DNA from: a virus
IMG/VR virus record: IMGVR_UViG_3300035438_001811
Span: 5,633-69,632 of that record
Length of the DNA stretch: 64,000 nt
Strand: one strand, 5' to 3'
Positions 39,905 to 49,748 of the stretch are shown here, piece by piece (position 1 is the first letter of the stretch; each line of letters opens with the position of its first letter). The notes beneath the pieces were generated by a model. That model saw nothing but the letters and a program-made list of their open reading frames with translations. It ran no database searches and was not told the DNA's origin. A program made the position numbers and the translations under genes.

Positions 39905-39909
39905 GAGGT

Positions 39910-40377
39910 TTAGTTATCCACAAATACGACTTTAGCCTTGGGAACTAGATCGGGGCGGCGCTCGGCATTCTCAGTATTCGCTTTGATTTGGCGCTCTTGA
40001 ACCGCTTCTAAGGAAGTTCCAGCAAAGCCGCGAACTCCTACGACGGTATTGTTGATTAGAGCGTTAAACTCTCCGCCAGCTTCTTTTTCTGTCAAGATTT
40101 TAGGGTTATTTCTAAACGCTGCAACAGGTGTCACAAACACCAATGGACGGAATATAAACCAAACCACAATACAAAAAAGAGAGAAGCTGAAAGGATAAAA
40201 CCATAGCAGCTTAAAGCCAGATTTAAACCAAACCCAAATACCAGATCGAGTATTGCAATTGACTGCATACACAGGGCGATCGCTGGTAGTTCCTACTTCT
40301 AGTTTTCCGTCCATATCAGGATCGAGATCGCGCATGTTTGTAGCGCGATTTTCGTAACGTGTCATTTGTCCTTTCAT
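39910..40377 (-). CDS. Membrane protein
   Basis: Central aromatic TM segment. Confidence 0.6.
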   Translation of the reverse strand: MKGQMTRYENRATNMRDLDPDMDGKLEVGTTSDRPVYAVNCNTRSGIWVWFKSGFKLLWFYPFSFSLFCIVVWFIFRPLVFVTPVAAFRNNPKILTEKEAGGEFNALINNTVVGVRGFAGTSLEAVQERQIKANTENAERRPDLVPKAKVVFVDN

Positions 40378-41537
40378 TATGCAGATCTCCTTAATGGGAT
40401 AACGTTGTCTAGGATTGGCTCATCAATTGGAGCCTGATTAGGTTTAGTGATTTGCGGAATAATTTCAAGTCTTGCGCCTTTACCGTGTTCTTGAACTAAA
40501 GCAAAGCGACAGCCTGATTTATAAAGTTGATCGGCTTCTGCGTGAAGCTCTGCACGATCGCTAAACGGATAATGCTTCTCATTGCTAAGTACCTTTAAAG
40601 CAGCTTTACCAACAGAAACCCGAACGAGTTGATCGAAGTCTGTAGGAGATAAGCCGACTTCACCAGATACAGGCGATTGACCTAATAGAATCACATAGCA
40701 TCGAAGCTCAGCGCCAACCTTAATCAGCTTGCGAAGCAATGAAAGAGCTTTATTTTTATACTCCTCATAAATCCAATCCCACTCATCAATAATGAAAAAG
40801 ATTGGGGATGCTTCACTTGGTACAAAATTGGGGTCTTGCTGCCTTGAAATCATTTCTTTGCAGAATAATTCAAGCGCTTGCAAGGCTTTATCAATGGATG
40901 AGCAGAAAGGGATGATCGACCAGCTTGGTTGTGCTACTAAGTACTTAGGATCTATCAAAAGATACTCAGCATCGGTAACACCTAACGAATCAATAATTTG
41001 ACCCATTACATACTCAGCTAAAGTCGTTTTACCCGATTGCGTAACTCCATCAAACTTATAATGTTGACGTTTTAAAATATTTGAGCTATCAACAATCATT
41101 TCGTTTATCCAATTGCCTGTTAAATCTCGCATAGGGCGATCGTCAACAGATCGAGGGGCTTTAGCTTGTGTTTGTGGATTAGCACGGTTAACAGCTACAT
41201 TTTTAATACTGTTGTTAATTACTACAGGTTGAGATTGCACTTGTTGAGGCTGTTGAAATACTGCTTGCTGTGCAGGCATCTCTATCAAAGGCTTATCGCT
41301 AAGTTCTTTGACCATGAATCCAAACGATACAAGCGCTGCAAGCCCTGTCACTCCCATCAAAGCAGGATTGTTATAGCTGCGAGAGTTAAGCTCTAGCGCC
41401 TGTTTGTTGATTGCATACTGTTCTAAAACCTGACCTAATTCAGCACGGTTTTGCACTACATAAGGCATAGGATTAGCCAGAATCGCAGTAGCAATGCAGC
41501 TAGAAAAGAAGCTCAGACCATAAGCTAGGGCTTTCAT
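40377..41537 (-). CDS. Membrane-anchored FtsK/HerA-superfamily P-loop ATPase (coupling protein/translocase-like)
   Basis: Walker A GVTQSGKT, IDPK, Walker B FIIDEW, ILLGQSP; two N-terminal hydrophobic segments. Confidence 0.85.
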   Translation of the reverse strand: MKALAYGLSFFSSCIATAILANPMPYVVQNRAELGQVLEQYAINKQALELNSRSYNNPALMGVTGLAALVSFGFMVKELSDKPLIEMPAQQAVFQQPQQVQSQPVVINNSIKNVAVNRANPQTQAKAPRSVDDRPMRDLTGNWINEMIVDSSNILKRQHYKFDGVTQSGKTTLAEYVMGQIIDSLGVTDAEYLLIDPKYLVAQPSWSIIPFCSSIDKALQALELFCKEMISRQQDPNFVPSEASPIFFIIDEWDWIYEEYKNKALSLLRKLIKVGAELRCYVILLGQSPVSGEVGLSPTDFDQLVRVSVGKAALKVLSNEKHYPFSDRAELHAEADQLYKSGCRFALVQEHGKGARLEIIPQITKPNQAPIDEPILDNVIPLRRSA

Positions 41538-42244
41538 TTGGCTTTACCTCCGTACATTTCAGAGGCGATCGCATTGTCGCTTTGCTGTAAAATACTCACT
41601 CGCAATTCCATCTCTTTAATAATCGCGGCGCTCGTAACATTTGGAGTAAATGGCACTGGTTGAGAGCCATCTAAGGCTATACGAGCTGCCTTAATCTCAA
41701 ATAAAGCATGATTAGCTTTAGTCCAATCACGGGAAAGCGCCGCCATTTCATACCGCTTTTGCTGTTCTGGGATAAACACAGAAATAAAACAAGCTTGCTG
41801 ATATGGGGATCTAAAGCAAGCGCTATTTTTGTCAGCAATTTGGCGATTAGCTTCGATCAAAATTGCTTGGCTGCGCTCGTTTAGCATTGCCTGAGTAACT
41901 TCATCTATCTTTAGATCGGTTGCGATCTTGATATCCGAGAGACTGGCTTTGCTGTTTTCCAAGATAACTTGATTAACTTGCTGTGAGCTTGGCGCTACGT
42001 TTTGCAATGGCGCGATTTTGATCGGTGCATCGGTATTAATAGCAGTGCTACGCATAGCTAATGCACCGATGACCAACAAGGCGATCGCGCCCAATCCACC
42101 AAAAATAACGCGAGGATTTACCAACTGATACTGATTACCTTGCCCTTGGTATTGGTAAGGATTGACAGCAACAAGAGGAGCCTCAGTATTTGATTGTGCT
42201 GTGAATTGTTGCTGTTGAATCGTATCAGTGTGGTAATAGTCCAT
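41534..42244 (-). CDS. Single-TM protein
   Basis: VIFGGLGAIALLVIGALAM. Confidence 0.6.
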   Translation of the reverse strand: MDYYHTDTIQQQQFTAQSNTEAPLVAVNPYQYQGQGNQYQLVNPRVIFGGLGAIALLVIGALAMRSTAINTDAPIKIAPLQNVAPSSQQVNQVILENSKASLSDIKIATDLKIDEVTQAMLNERSQAILIEANRQIADKNSACFRSPYQQACFISVFIPEQQKRYEMAALSRDWTKANHALFEIKAARIALDGSQPVPFTPNVTSAAIIKEMELRVSILQQSDNAIASEMYGGKAK

Positions 42245-42598
42245 GGTGTTTACGCCGCCTTGAGTGCTAGCTGTGCTGATTGGGGTAATTGGTTCATCGT
42301 CAAATCGAAAGCCAGCGTTTCTGGCTCGAAGGAACCGAAAAAATCTTCTAACCCTGCGTTAGCATCTGCCAAAATATCGGGCATTGATTGCACTGTTTCC
42401 AGCATGATTTTTTGTGATGCGGTCTTTTTGATTGCTGCCATCATCGGGTTAGAAACAGAGGTAGACAAAGCGCCGATCTGATCTGACGTTTGCTGCTTTA
42501 GTTCATCAGCAGTTAGAGCGACACTTTGTTTGTTGCTTGGCTTGCGAGTCTTTTTAGGCTCGGTTGATTGCCCTTGCTTCATCGCTTCTTTTTCTTGC

Positions 42599-42868
42599 TC
42601 AGTCATTAGATAATTTCTCCATAATATTTGTGTAATTTCTTTTCCCTGCTGAAGCTGTAAAACCTCTAGCTCTTAATGCTTTACCAGCAGCATAAGCGGC
42701 TACTAGTCTTGCTTTTGATTCGGTAAACGGGGCTTTAATACCATGCTGATAAGCACGGTTTTTAAAAGTGCCAAAGGGAATCCCGAAATAATCCGCCCAA
42801 CACCTTAAAGACTGCTCTATTTCAATTGTTTTACCTCCTTTTAAGTAAGTGTCTGATGGGATGTCCAT
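42599..42868 (-). CDS. Putative HTH DNA-binding protein, first gene of the membrane operon
   Basis: SLRCWADYFGIPFGTFKNR. Confidence 0.5.
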   Translation of the reverse strand: MDIPSDTYLKGGKTIEIEQSLRCWADYFGIPFGTFKNRAYQHGIKAPFTESKARLVAAYAAGKALRARGFTASAGKRNYTNIMEKLSND

Positions 42869-42895
42869 TGGATGTCTGATGAGACATTAACAAAA

Positions 42896-42913
42896 TACTA
42901 CAGTGCTGTAGTA
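42896..42913. promoter_or_regulatory. Palindromic operator TACTACAG-TG-CTGTAGTA overlapping a TTGACA-N18-TAGTAT promoter (-)
   Basis: Perfect 8-bp inverted repeat between divergent genes. Confidence 0.7.
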
Positions 42914-42957
42914 AATACTGTCAAGTGTTAATATTAAATTTGTTTCTGAGGAACTAT

Positions 42958-43170
42958 ATGAGTGTGCCGCGATCGTTTAGATTTGATGACGATGTTTATT
43001 TAGCATTGTCTTTTAGCCTTATAGAAAAAAAGAAGGCTGGAGAAAAAATAGATTTTACTCAGCTAGTAAACGAAATCATTAGATCGGCTATGCCCATTAG
43101 TCTGTGGGATGATTTAGCCAAAAGGGTTGAAAACCTAGAAGAAAAAGTACTCAAATTAGAAGAGAAATAA
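42958..43170 (+). CDS. Ribbon-helix-helix-like regulator
   Basis: PRSFRFDDDVY..L......FTQLVNEIIR. Confidence 0.55.
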   Translation: MSVPRSFRFDDDVYLALSFSLIEKKKAGEKIDFTQLVNEIIRSAMPISLWDDLAKRVENLEEKVLKLEEK

Positions 43171-43415
43171 ATGCCCCTAGCCTACGAATTAACCGAATAC
43201 CAAGTGCAGCAAACATATCCCGAATTGCTGGCAAATACTCATGATGTGCGATCGCTAAAAGGTTGCCACAATTGCAGATTTAATAATTGGCGGTTATGCA
43301 CCAAAGTGCCGCCACGGGATAGCGCTAGTTTCTACACTGCTAATGATTGCCACGATTGGCAAAACAAAAGTGCTTAAAATAAAAAAAGCTAGTAGATATT
43401 CTCTACCAGCTTTTT

Positions 43416-43916
43416 TTATTTCTGCTTAAACGGTCTACCACGTTTTACAGTACCGTCACCGCTTCGGCTTTTCTTACAATGCTTGCAAATCCATTGCTGG
43501 ATGCCTTTGCGTTTGCCGTTGCGTAGCCAATGATGATCGCACTCAGTAAACTCAAAGAACTCAATCTTAAAATTAAGCTTTTGACTGTAAGGCGCGATTA
43601 CACGATCATCATCACACTTAAATAGATCGTTACTTGCCGATGGCGCTATCCCATCGCGGTAACTAACCGTTATATGCGGGTTAGTCTTATGAGGGATATT
43701 GTCAGGCATCAGTACAGCGATCGCTTGGATATCTTTGTTCCAGAGATTTGCGATCGCTGTTGCTTCAAACTCAGTATTGATCAGGTGCTGATACTGAGTT
43801 TTGTCCACATCATAAAACAGGGTTATATGGTGTGGAGTGCCGTTCGGGAATATTGGCAGTACTGCGATCGGCTGTTGCAGTACTGCCCAGAGGATCCCGC
43901 GCATTACCAGCGCCAT
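43416..43916 (-). CDS. 2H phosphoesterase fused to Zn ribbon and AT-hook
   Basis: Two HxT motifs (HHITL, PHITV); C-terminal RNGK..G.QQW.CKHC and KRGRP. Confidence 0.7.
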   Translation of the reverse strand: MALVMRGILWAVLQQPIAVLPIFPNGTPHHITLFYDVDKTQYQHLINTEFEATAIANLWNKDIQAIAVLMPDNIPHKTNPHITVSYRDGIAPSASNDLFKCDDDRVIAPYSQKLNFKIEFFEFTECDHHWLRNGKRKGIQQWICKHCKKSRSGDGTVKRGRPFKQK

Positions 43917-44544
43917 CCGTCAGTGCCGTTTGGCTTACTGCACAAACGGTACTGAATAGCGGATTGTTTTTGCTTTTGAAGTATTTCCCATTCTTCAAAA
44001 GAATGAAGCGAAAGCAACTCCTCTAGAGTTATTTCAGTGTATCGATACACTTTATACGCATTCCACCATTCAGGGGTAATCCTCAAAGACAAATCTCTTC
44101 TCTCAGGATCTTTTTCCATTCCGCAATCCCATGATTGCCACAAGAAGAAGCCTTTTGGAGCTTCTTCTGGTTTTACATAAAGGTCGTTAGCTGGTTTCAC
44201 GATCGCATGAGAAAGCCCTTGACCATGAAAATTATCACCCTTGAGCAAAGGGTGGACTCCTGATTGAGTCGCTTCAGACTCCTGGTGTTTCTTGCCGTAT
44301 CGGTCAGAACGAATCCATTCCAACGGAACAATTGTTCCGTTTTCCAAGGTTACAGACAAGTTTTTGTAACTTGTCTCTTTTTGATCAAAAGTAACTTCGG
44401 TTACAATGTAGCCGTCAACCTGAAGGTTGTTATTATTTGTGGGAACAGTTTGAATCCCTACAACTATTTTTTTCTTGAGAATGGGTTTAGTAGTCATTGT
44501 CTTTACGCCTCCCAGCGCTTTGTTAACTTCCTTATGTAAATCAC

Positions 44545-44593
44545 TATATCAAGCATTTAATTATTTTGTCAAGCATTTAATTAAAATAGTTTT
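44545..44593. repeat. 49-bp promoter duplication (second copy 45271-45319) with internal TCAAGCATTTAATTA repeat
   Basis: Identical sequence at both sites; TTGACA-N18-TATART on the - strand. Confidence 0.9.
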
Positions 44594-45595
44594 CGCTCAA
44601 TAAAAAAGGCGATCGCTGTGGAGTGTGCGATCGCCTTTAAGGATTGAGTTAAATGCGTTGAGGTTTCCATGCTCCCTCAGACTTTTGAAAAAACTGTTGC
44701 GCTTCTTCAAAAGTCTTGAACTCTTCGCGAGTATAGGACTCTTCGCCGAGTTCATAGGACTCAACCATTACATACCATTCCATAATGCTCCTTTCTTGCT
44801 GCCACACCCAGCGATAAAGATGTGTGGAATGCGATCGCCCAGACTTGCACATGGGCGTAAGCGTTGCCAAGGGGCTTACTTAGCGATCGCGATAGAAACA
44901 TTTTGTATCGACTTTTGATAACTCGATATGGTTGCCTCTTGATCCCAGAGGAGTTTCTCCTCACCTTCATACTCGAAGGTGTAGGATGCAACCACTTCCA
45001 CGGGGGGGAGTGAAAACACTGTGTATCGACTCCATGACGGTAAAGGGATTTCTATCGCCCCTTCGGGTAGGGTGACTGCCACAGAGTGGCGTTCTTTCTC
45101 TTTCAAGAAACGGGCTTCCCCTACAAAGGTTGCCATCTTTGGCAACCCTTCGGCGATCGCCTCTGGAGTAGGATCGACAAAATTAAAGTCCAACAAATCT
45201 TCCAACGTTTCAAAAGATGCGAATACTGTAGTCATTTGTTTTGCGCCTCCAAGCGCTTTTGTTATTTCCTTATATCAAGCATTTAATTATTTTGTCAAGC
45301 ATTTAATTAAAATAGTTTTGCTCGTCTAACGACTCGCTTCGCGCCACGCATAAAAACAAAAATCGCAACGCCTGAAACCATTGATTTCTCGTTGCGATTT
45401 TTGTTGTGTTTTGCTGGTTTGTTGGTTGGCGCGATGCGCTGCTTTATTTCAAATACTCTCTATGCATAGTTGGATATTTATCCGCTGGTACAAGCTCCAT
45501 CACGAACTCCTTCCACGGGCGCGATCGGTATCGCTCAATGATCGGCGTTGGTGCGATCACTAACTCTTGCTTTGGTGCTGATTTTCTAGCCATTG

Positions 45596-45847
45596 TTACC
45601 ACCTAAAAATAAAAGCTTGTACACGATAGATCATCCGATCAAACCACGAAGACTCCATCGGATAAGCCTTGTCTTCAAAATGCTCTGAGAGTAGAAGCAG
45701 CAAGTCGAATATCTTCTCCTCTTCTGGTGTGCGATTCTCAATATTCCACAGCCTCTCAATGTGCGCTAGGTTTACGTCATTTTGCTCATCGTTGGTGATG
45801 ACTTGAGGCTGTATTTCTGCTAGCAATTCGCTGTAGGTTTTAGTCAT
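45596..45847 (-). CDS. HigA-like antitoxin N-terminal domain, no HTH and no cognate toxin
   Basis: Y.ELL....PQVI.NDEQN...L..IE.L....RTPEE....DLL..L.E.FE...YP. Confidence 0.65.
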   Translation of the reverse strand: MTKTYSELLAEIQPQVITNDEQNDVNLAHIERLWNIENRTPEEEKIFDLLLLLSEHFEDKAYPMESSWFDRMIYRVQAFIFRW

Positions 45848-46291
45848 AATCACACCTCCAACAATTCTTTACTTTCTGGCAATGCGATCGCGCTATCAGG
45901 TGCGCTGATATGAAACCATTCACCATATCGTGAGTGGTGCGCTTTCCCGTCGCGTTGTAGCTTAGGTTTGTTGATGTTGAATTTACCGCCCTTGTTAAAA
46001 TCTGGGTACAACTTTGTAATTCCATAGGGCATAGTTTGCGAAATGCAAATCACTTCCATCGCGGTGGTTTTGACCACTACGCACGGCTCATAGAAGATTC
46101 GTGAGTATTGGCAATCTGGAACGGGTTGACGGTTCAGAGAAGCAAGAAACTGATTAACAAACTCCTTGTCAAATGAGTCTAGATCGCCAAACAGTGCAAG
46201 TGTTTCCGCAACGGTGCGATCTAGATCGGGCGTGTGCCAGAAATAACGGGCGCGATACAAGTGAGTGAGGTTTTCTACTTGGTGCATGTGG

Positions 46292-47131
46292 TTAAGCCCT
46301 CTTCATCGGTACAATTTTAGATGAGTCAAAGTTGAATCTATACTGTTTATTCTTGGGAATAACTTGATGCTCTCTCAAGATATCGAGAATGCGATCTAAA
46401 CCCTTCCAAGAAAACACGGGAGAAAATCGCATCACACCGTCAAAGCATTGACCATCACGAAGCTTTGCTAGTCCCTCATTAACCCAAGGCGCGTAAGGGC
46501 AATTAGTGCCATCATTAGGACGCTTAAACAATACTTTCTCTTGACGCAAAATGTCATAGAGCTTACGCACTGAAAACTTAGGAATTGCAAGCTGTTTAAC
46601 AATTTGCTCACCTGTTAGCCATCCATCGGAGTCCATCACAAGATCGTAACGTTCGGCTTTTGGTTCCAAGATTTCTACTTCAGTTTGTAGGACTTGATTA
46701 GCACCTAGAAGAAGTTGGTTCTCTTTTTCTTTCTCTGCAAGTTTCTCTTCCAAATCAGCAGCAAGACGTAAAGCCTCTGCTCTTGTTTGTGGAATTGCGA
46801 ATTGTTTGATAACTTCCTTGGCTTTAGAGAAAGACTCAACAAGATCTAGTTTGCAATCAATTACAGTTTCAGTATTTTTACTGAATGTCATAATCGTACT
46901 TGCTTGATCTTCAGTTAGGTATGCATGAGATACTTCTTCGCGAGTGCCGCCTTTAGGCATTTGGACGTTAGAGATTTCAAATCTTATACATCCAAACCTT
47001 TGCTCTACCTTGGTTTGATATTTGCGAATCGTTTTAATAAAACTCTTGTGATCAATATCAAGACGATCAGCAATCAAACGAGAATCTACAACAAAAACTC
47101 CATCAACTTCTATTACAGTCAGCTTACTCAT
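46292..47131 (-). CDS. Rha-family regulator with ANT/KilAC-like C-terminus
   Basis: VVDSRLIA..L...HK....IRKY, YLTEDQA...MTF..NT.....K..LV..F; IPQT..EALRLAADL. Confidence 0.85.
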   Translation of the reverse strand: MSKLTVIEVDGVFVVDSRLIADRLDIDHKSFIKTIRKYQTKVEQRFGCIRFEISNVQMPKGGTREEVSHAYLTEDQASTIMTFSKNTETVIDCKLDLVESFSKAKEVIKQFAIPQTRAEALRLAADLEEKLAEKEKENQLLLGANQVLQTEVEILEPKAERYDLVMDSDGWLTGEQIVKQLAIPKFSVRKLYDILRQEKVLFKRPNDGTNCPYAPWVNEGLAKLRDGQCFDGVMRFSPVFSWKGLDRILDILREHQVIPKNKQYRFNFDSSKIVPMKRA

Positions 47132-48713
47132 TAGTTGCAGCCTCGCCAGATTTTAAAATTGCGTCATACATTTCAGCGTTATCTACAATGCGATGGAAAG
47201 TCACAGCAAGACTTTCTTTGCCCCGCTTCAACCTCTTCAATGTTTCCAAATCTTCTAACTGTATAGACAATGTTTTACGAGCGCCACGAATAATTTGTTT
47301 AGTTTCAATAGCCATGTATGCCTTACTAATCAGTACATTTATAAGGTATCATACTTTGAGTAAAAAAGAATATTTATTTTAATGTTTTATTTTGAGTTAT
47401 TCGTGCTATTGTATTTACAGTTAAGAAAACACAAGCAACAAGGCAACGCATCATGATTTCTCAAAAAGTAATCGCAACCGCACAGCAGCACGGGTTTAAG
47501 TTTTTCGTTAATGGGTTTGGTCATCGCAAGCTAGCCGAAATCACCGATCTAAGCGGCAAGCACATTAGCTGGACTAGCAACACTAGCAAAGCGGCGTTAA
47601 CTGCCATCAACGCTCTAATCGCACAGCGCAAACTAGACGCTAAAAGCGATGAAGCGATCGCCGATGAAGCGATCGAAGTTATTGCCGATCTGCTGCCCCC
47701 TGTCGCAGATATCGATCCGACAGTAGCTGAGCAAGCTTATCTAGAGTTGCTACCCGTTGACCAATGGGAGCTAGATCGTAAAGAGCGTATCGCAGCTCAA
47801 GGTGCATACACAGCCGATGATTTTCAATCCACCTATTCGCCACGCGATAACTTTGGTGATGACGCTTTTGTGTTTAGCGCTCGTTACGGTTGCGGCGCTC
47901 TCATTTAACCGATGCCCTGAGCATGGCGAAAACTGCTCGACTCGCAAAAAAAAAGAAGAAGAGCTTACGGAGATAGAAACATGAGTCCATACGACCATTT
48001 ACACCAACAGCTAATCTACATGCTGTGTATTGCATTCTTGTCACCCATTGCGGCGGCGATCATTATTAACTCTAGTCACAGGTAAAATCATGACCGAACA
48101 TCAGAAAACACAGCTTCGAGAATTACTCTTAGATGCAATTGATGCACATAAGAAATTGCAAGAAGCAAAGCAGAATTTAGAACAAGCAAGAGCGCGATTT
48201 GGCTATGCAAAAATGTATTGCGATGAGCCTAGACTGATTAATGTAGATGGTGAAGTTTGGAGTGTGACAGTTCCATTCCCTTACTTTGATCATGACGATG
48301 AGCAAGGTGTTATTACTGTTGAATCTTTAGGCGCATGCCTTTAACCGTCACCGCCCCTACAGCGCTTTGTAGACTGGCTGTCCGTCGCATTCTTATCGCC
48401 TATCCTTTTGGCGATCGCTATTAATATTAATCCGCATAGGTGAAACAAATGAAAAAACTAGAACTAATCAGTAAGCTTAAAGCTTTATCAGATACTAATA
48501 TAGATCCCGAAATCGCACATACTGAAGCTGATAAATTGCTGATTGAATTTATTGCTGATCCTGAAATCCAAGAAGCATTTGACGGTATCACTAAGTATTA
48601 CAGTTAAACACCATCCGCCCCTACAGCGCTTTGTAGGTTTTGCACCGTAGCGAGCTGCGAGTAAAAAACAGCTAAATCAAACGAAATAAAAGACAGAAAC
48701 AAAACATTACATT

Positions 48714-49748
48714 ATGGCTATTCAATTTTCACTAAAAACAATGCCCTTTGCTGCCAATCTTCTTACCCAAGATGAGTGGACACAGGTAGGCTATGCAGAG
48801 CTATCAGCATGTGCTGAAATTACCGCTGGAGATTATTCCGAGATCTTCTATGCTATTCTCGCAATCCTTTGCGGTGCTAACAACAATAAGTACTCAATGA
48901 ATGAGCTTTTTTCTGAGATTTTCTCAGTTCGCAGCTCGGCAACTGACACCGATCGCCGCTTGGTTGAAGACATCTATGGTGGGCGAATCAAGAAAAAAGA
49001 TGATGAGTTGCTTTTAATCTTTGGTAATCGTCAATTCCCAATCGTTCAAGATGGTGAAAACTTGATTTGCGGTAATATTACAGGTCGCCTTACTTCCACT
49101 CCCAAGAAAGACGTAAACGACAGACAGTATTACGTCCTAGAATGGTCGCCCAAAGCCACTTACGAAGACAAATCTTTTCGATACATTATCCCTGTAGCGA
49201 TCGCTAAGGTTGACGACAAGTTCCCATCAATGGATTTAGATCGACTTGACGACATTGCCGAGAAAAATAATCTCATTGATTGGGTTGAAGCCGTTGGAGC
49301 TGGTGGAAGTTTCTTCAAGGCTTACCAGCTTTTCGAGGGGACTGGTATTCAATCTTTTAAGGTTGTAGATGTATCTGTCACACCTAGCAATAAAGAGGGC
49401 TTTAAGGATAATGTGCTGTTTACTCTTGAAGATGGGCGCAAGGTCAACGCAAACAGCAATGCTCAAACCTATTTTATTGAATTGAGCGAAGCCGATCGTA
49501 AAGCCGCGATCCCTTGCATGTGGACTATCAATAAATATGAAGACAAAAAATGCTCTTCATCTATTGAGTCTTTAGGTAAGAAGATCGGTTCTACCAAGAT
49601 TCCTTCTTTTGCTAATTTGATTGGCGGCTCTACTGCTGATTTTGAAAAGTTGGAAGCAGCACAAACTAGAGTAGCTGTAGCACCAGTTGCAGTGATCGAA
49701 CCTAGTAAGAGTGCTAATACTGTTACCGATCAAGACATCCCTTTTTAG
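48714..49748 (+). CDS. Putative ssDNA-binding/recombination protein
   Basis: Acidic SSB-type C-terminal tail DQDIPF; upstream of the replication genes. Confidence 0.4.
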   Translation: MAIQFSLKTMPFAANLLTQDEWTQVGYAELSACAEITAGDYSEIFYAILAILCGANNNKYSMNELFSEIFSVRSSATDTDRRLVEDIYGGRIKKKDDELLLIFGNRQFPIVQDGENLICGNITGRLTSTPKKDVNDRQYYVLEWSPKATYEDKSFRYIIPVAIAKVDDKFPSMDLDRLDDIAEKNNLIDWVEAVGAGGSFFKAYQLFEGTGIQSFKVVDVSVTPSNKEGFKDNVLFTLEDGRKVNANSNAQTYFIELSEADRKAAIPCMWTINKYEDKKCSSSIESLGKKIGSTKIPSFANLIGGSTADFEKLEAAQTRVAVAPVAVIEPSKSANTVTDQDIPF

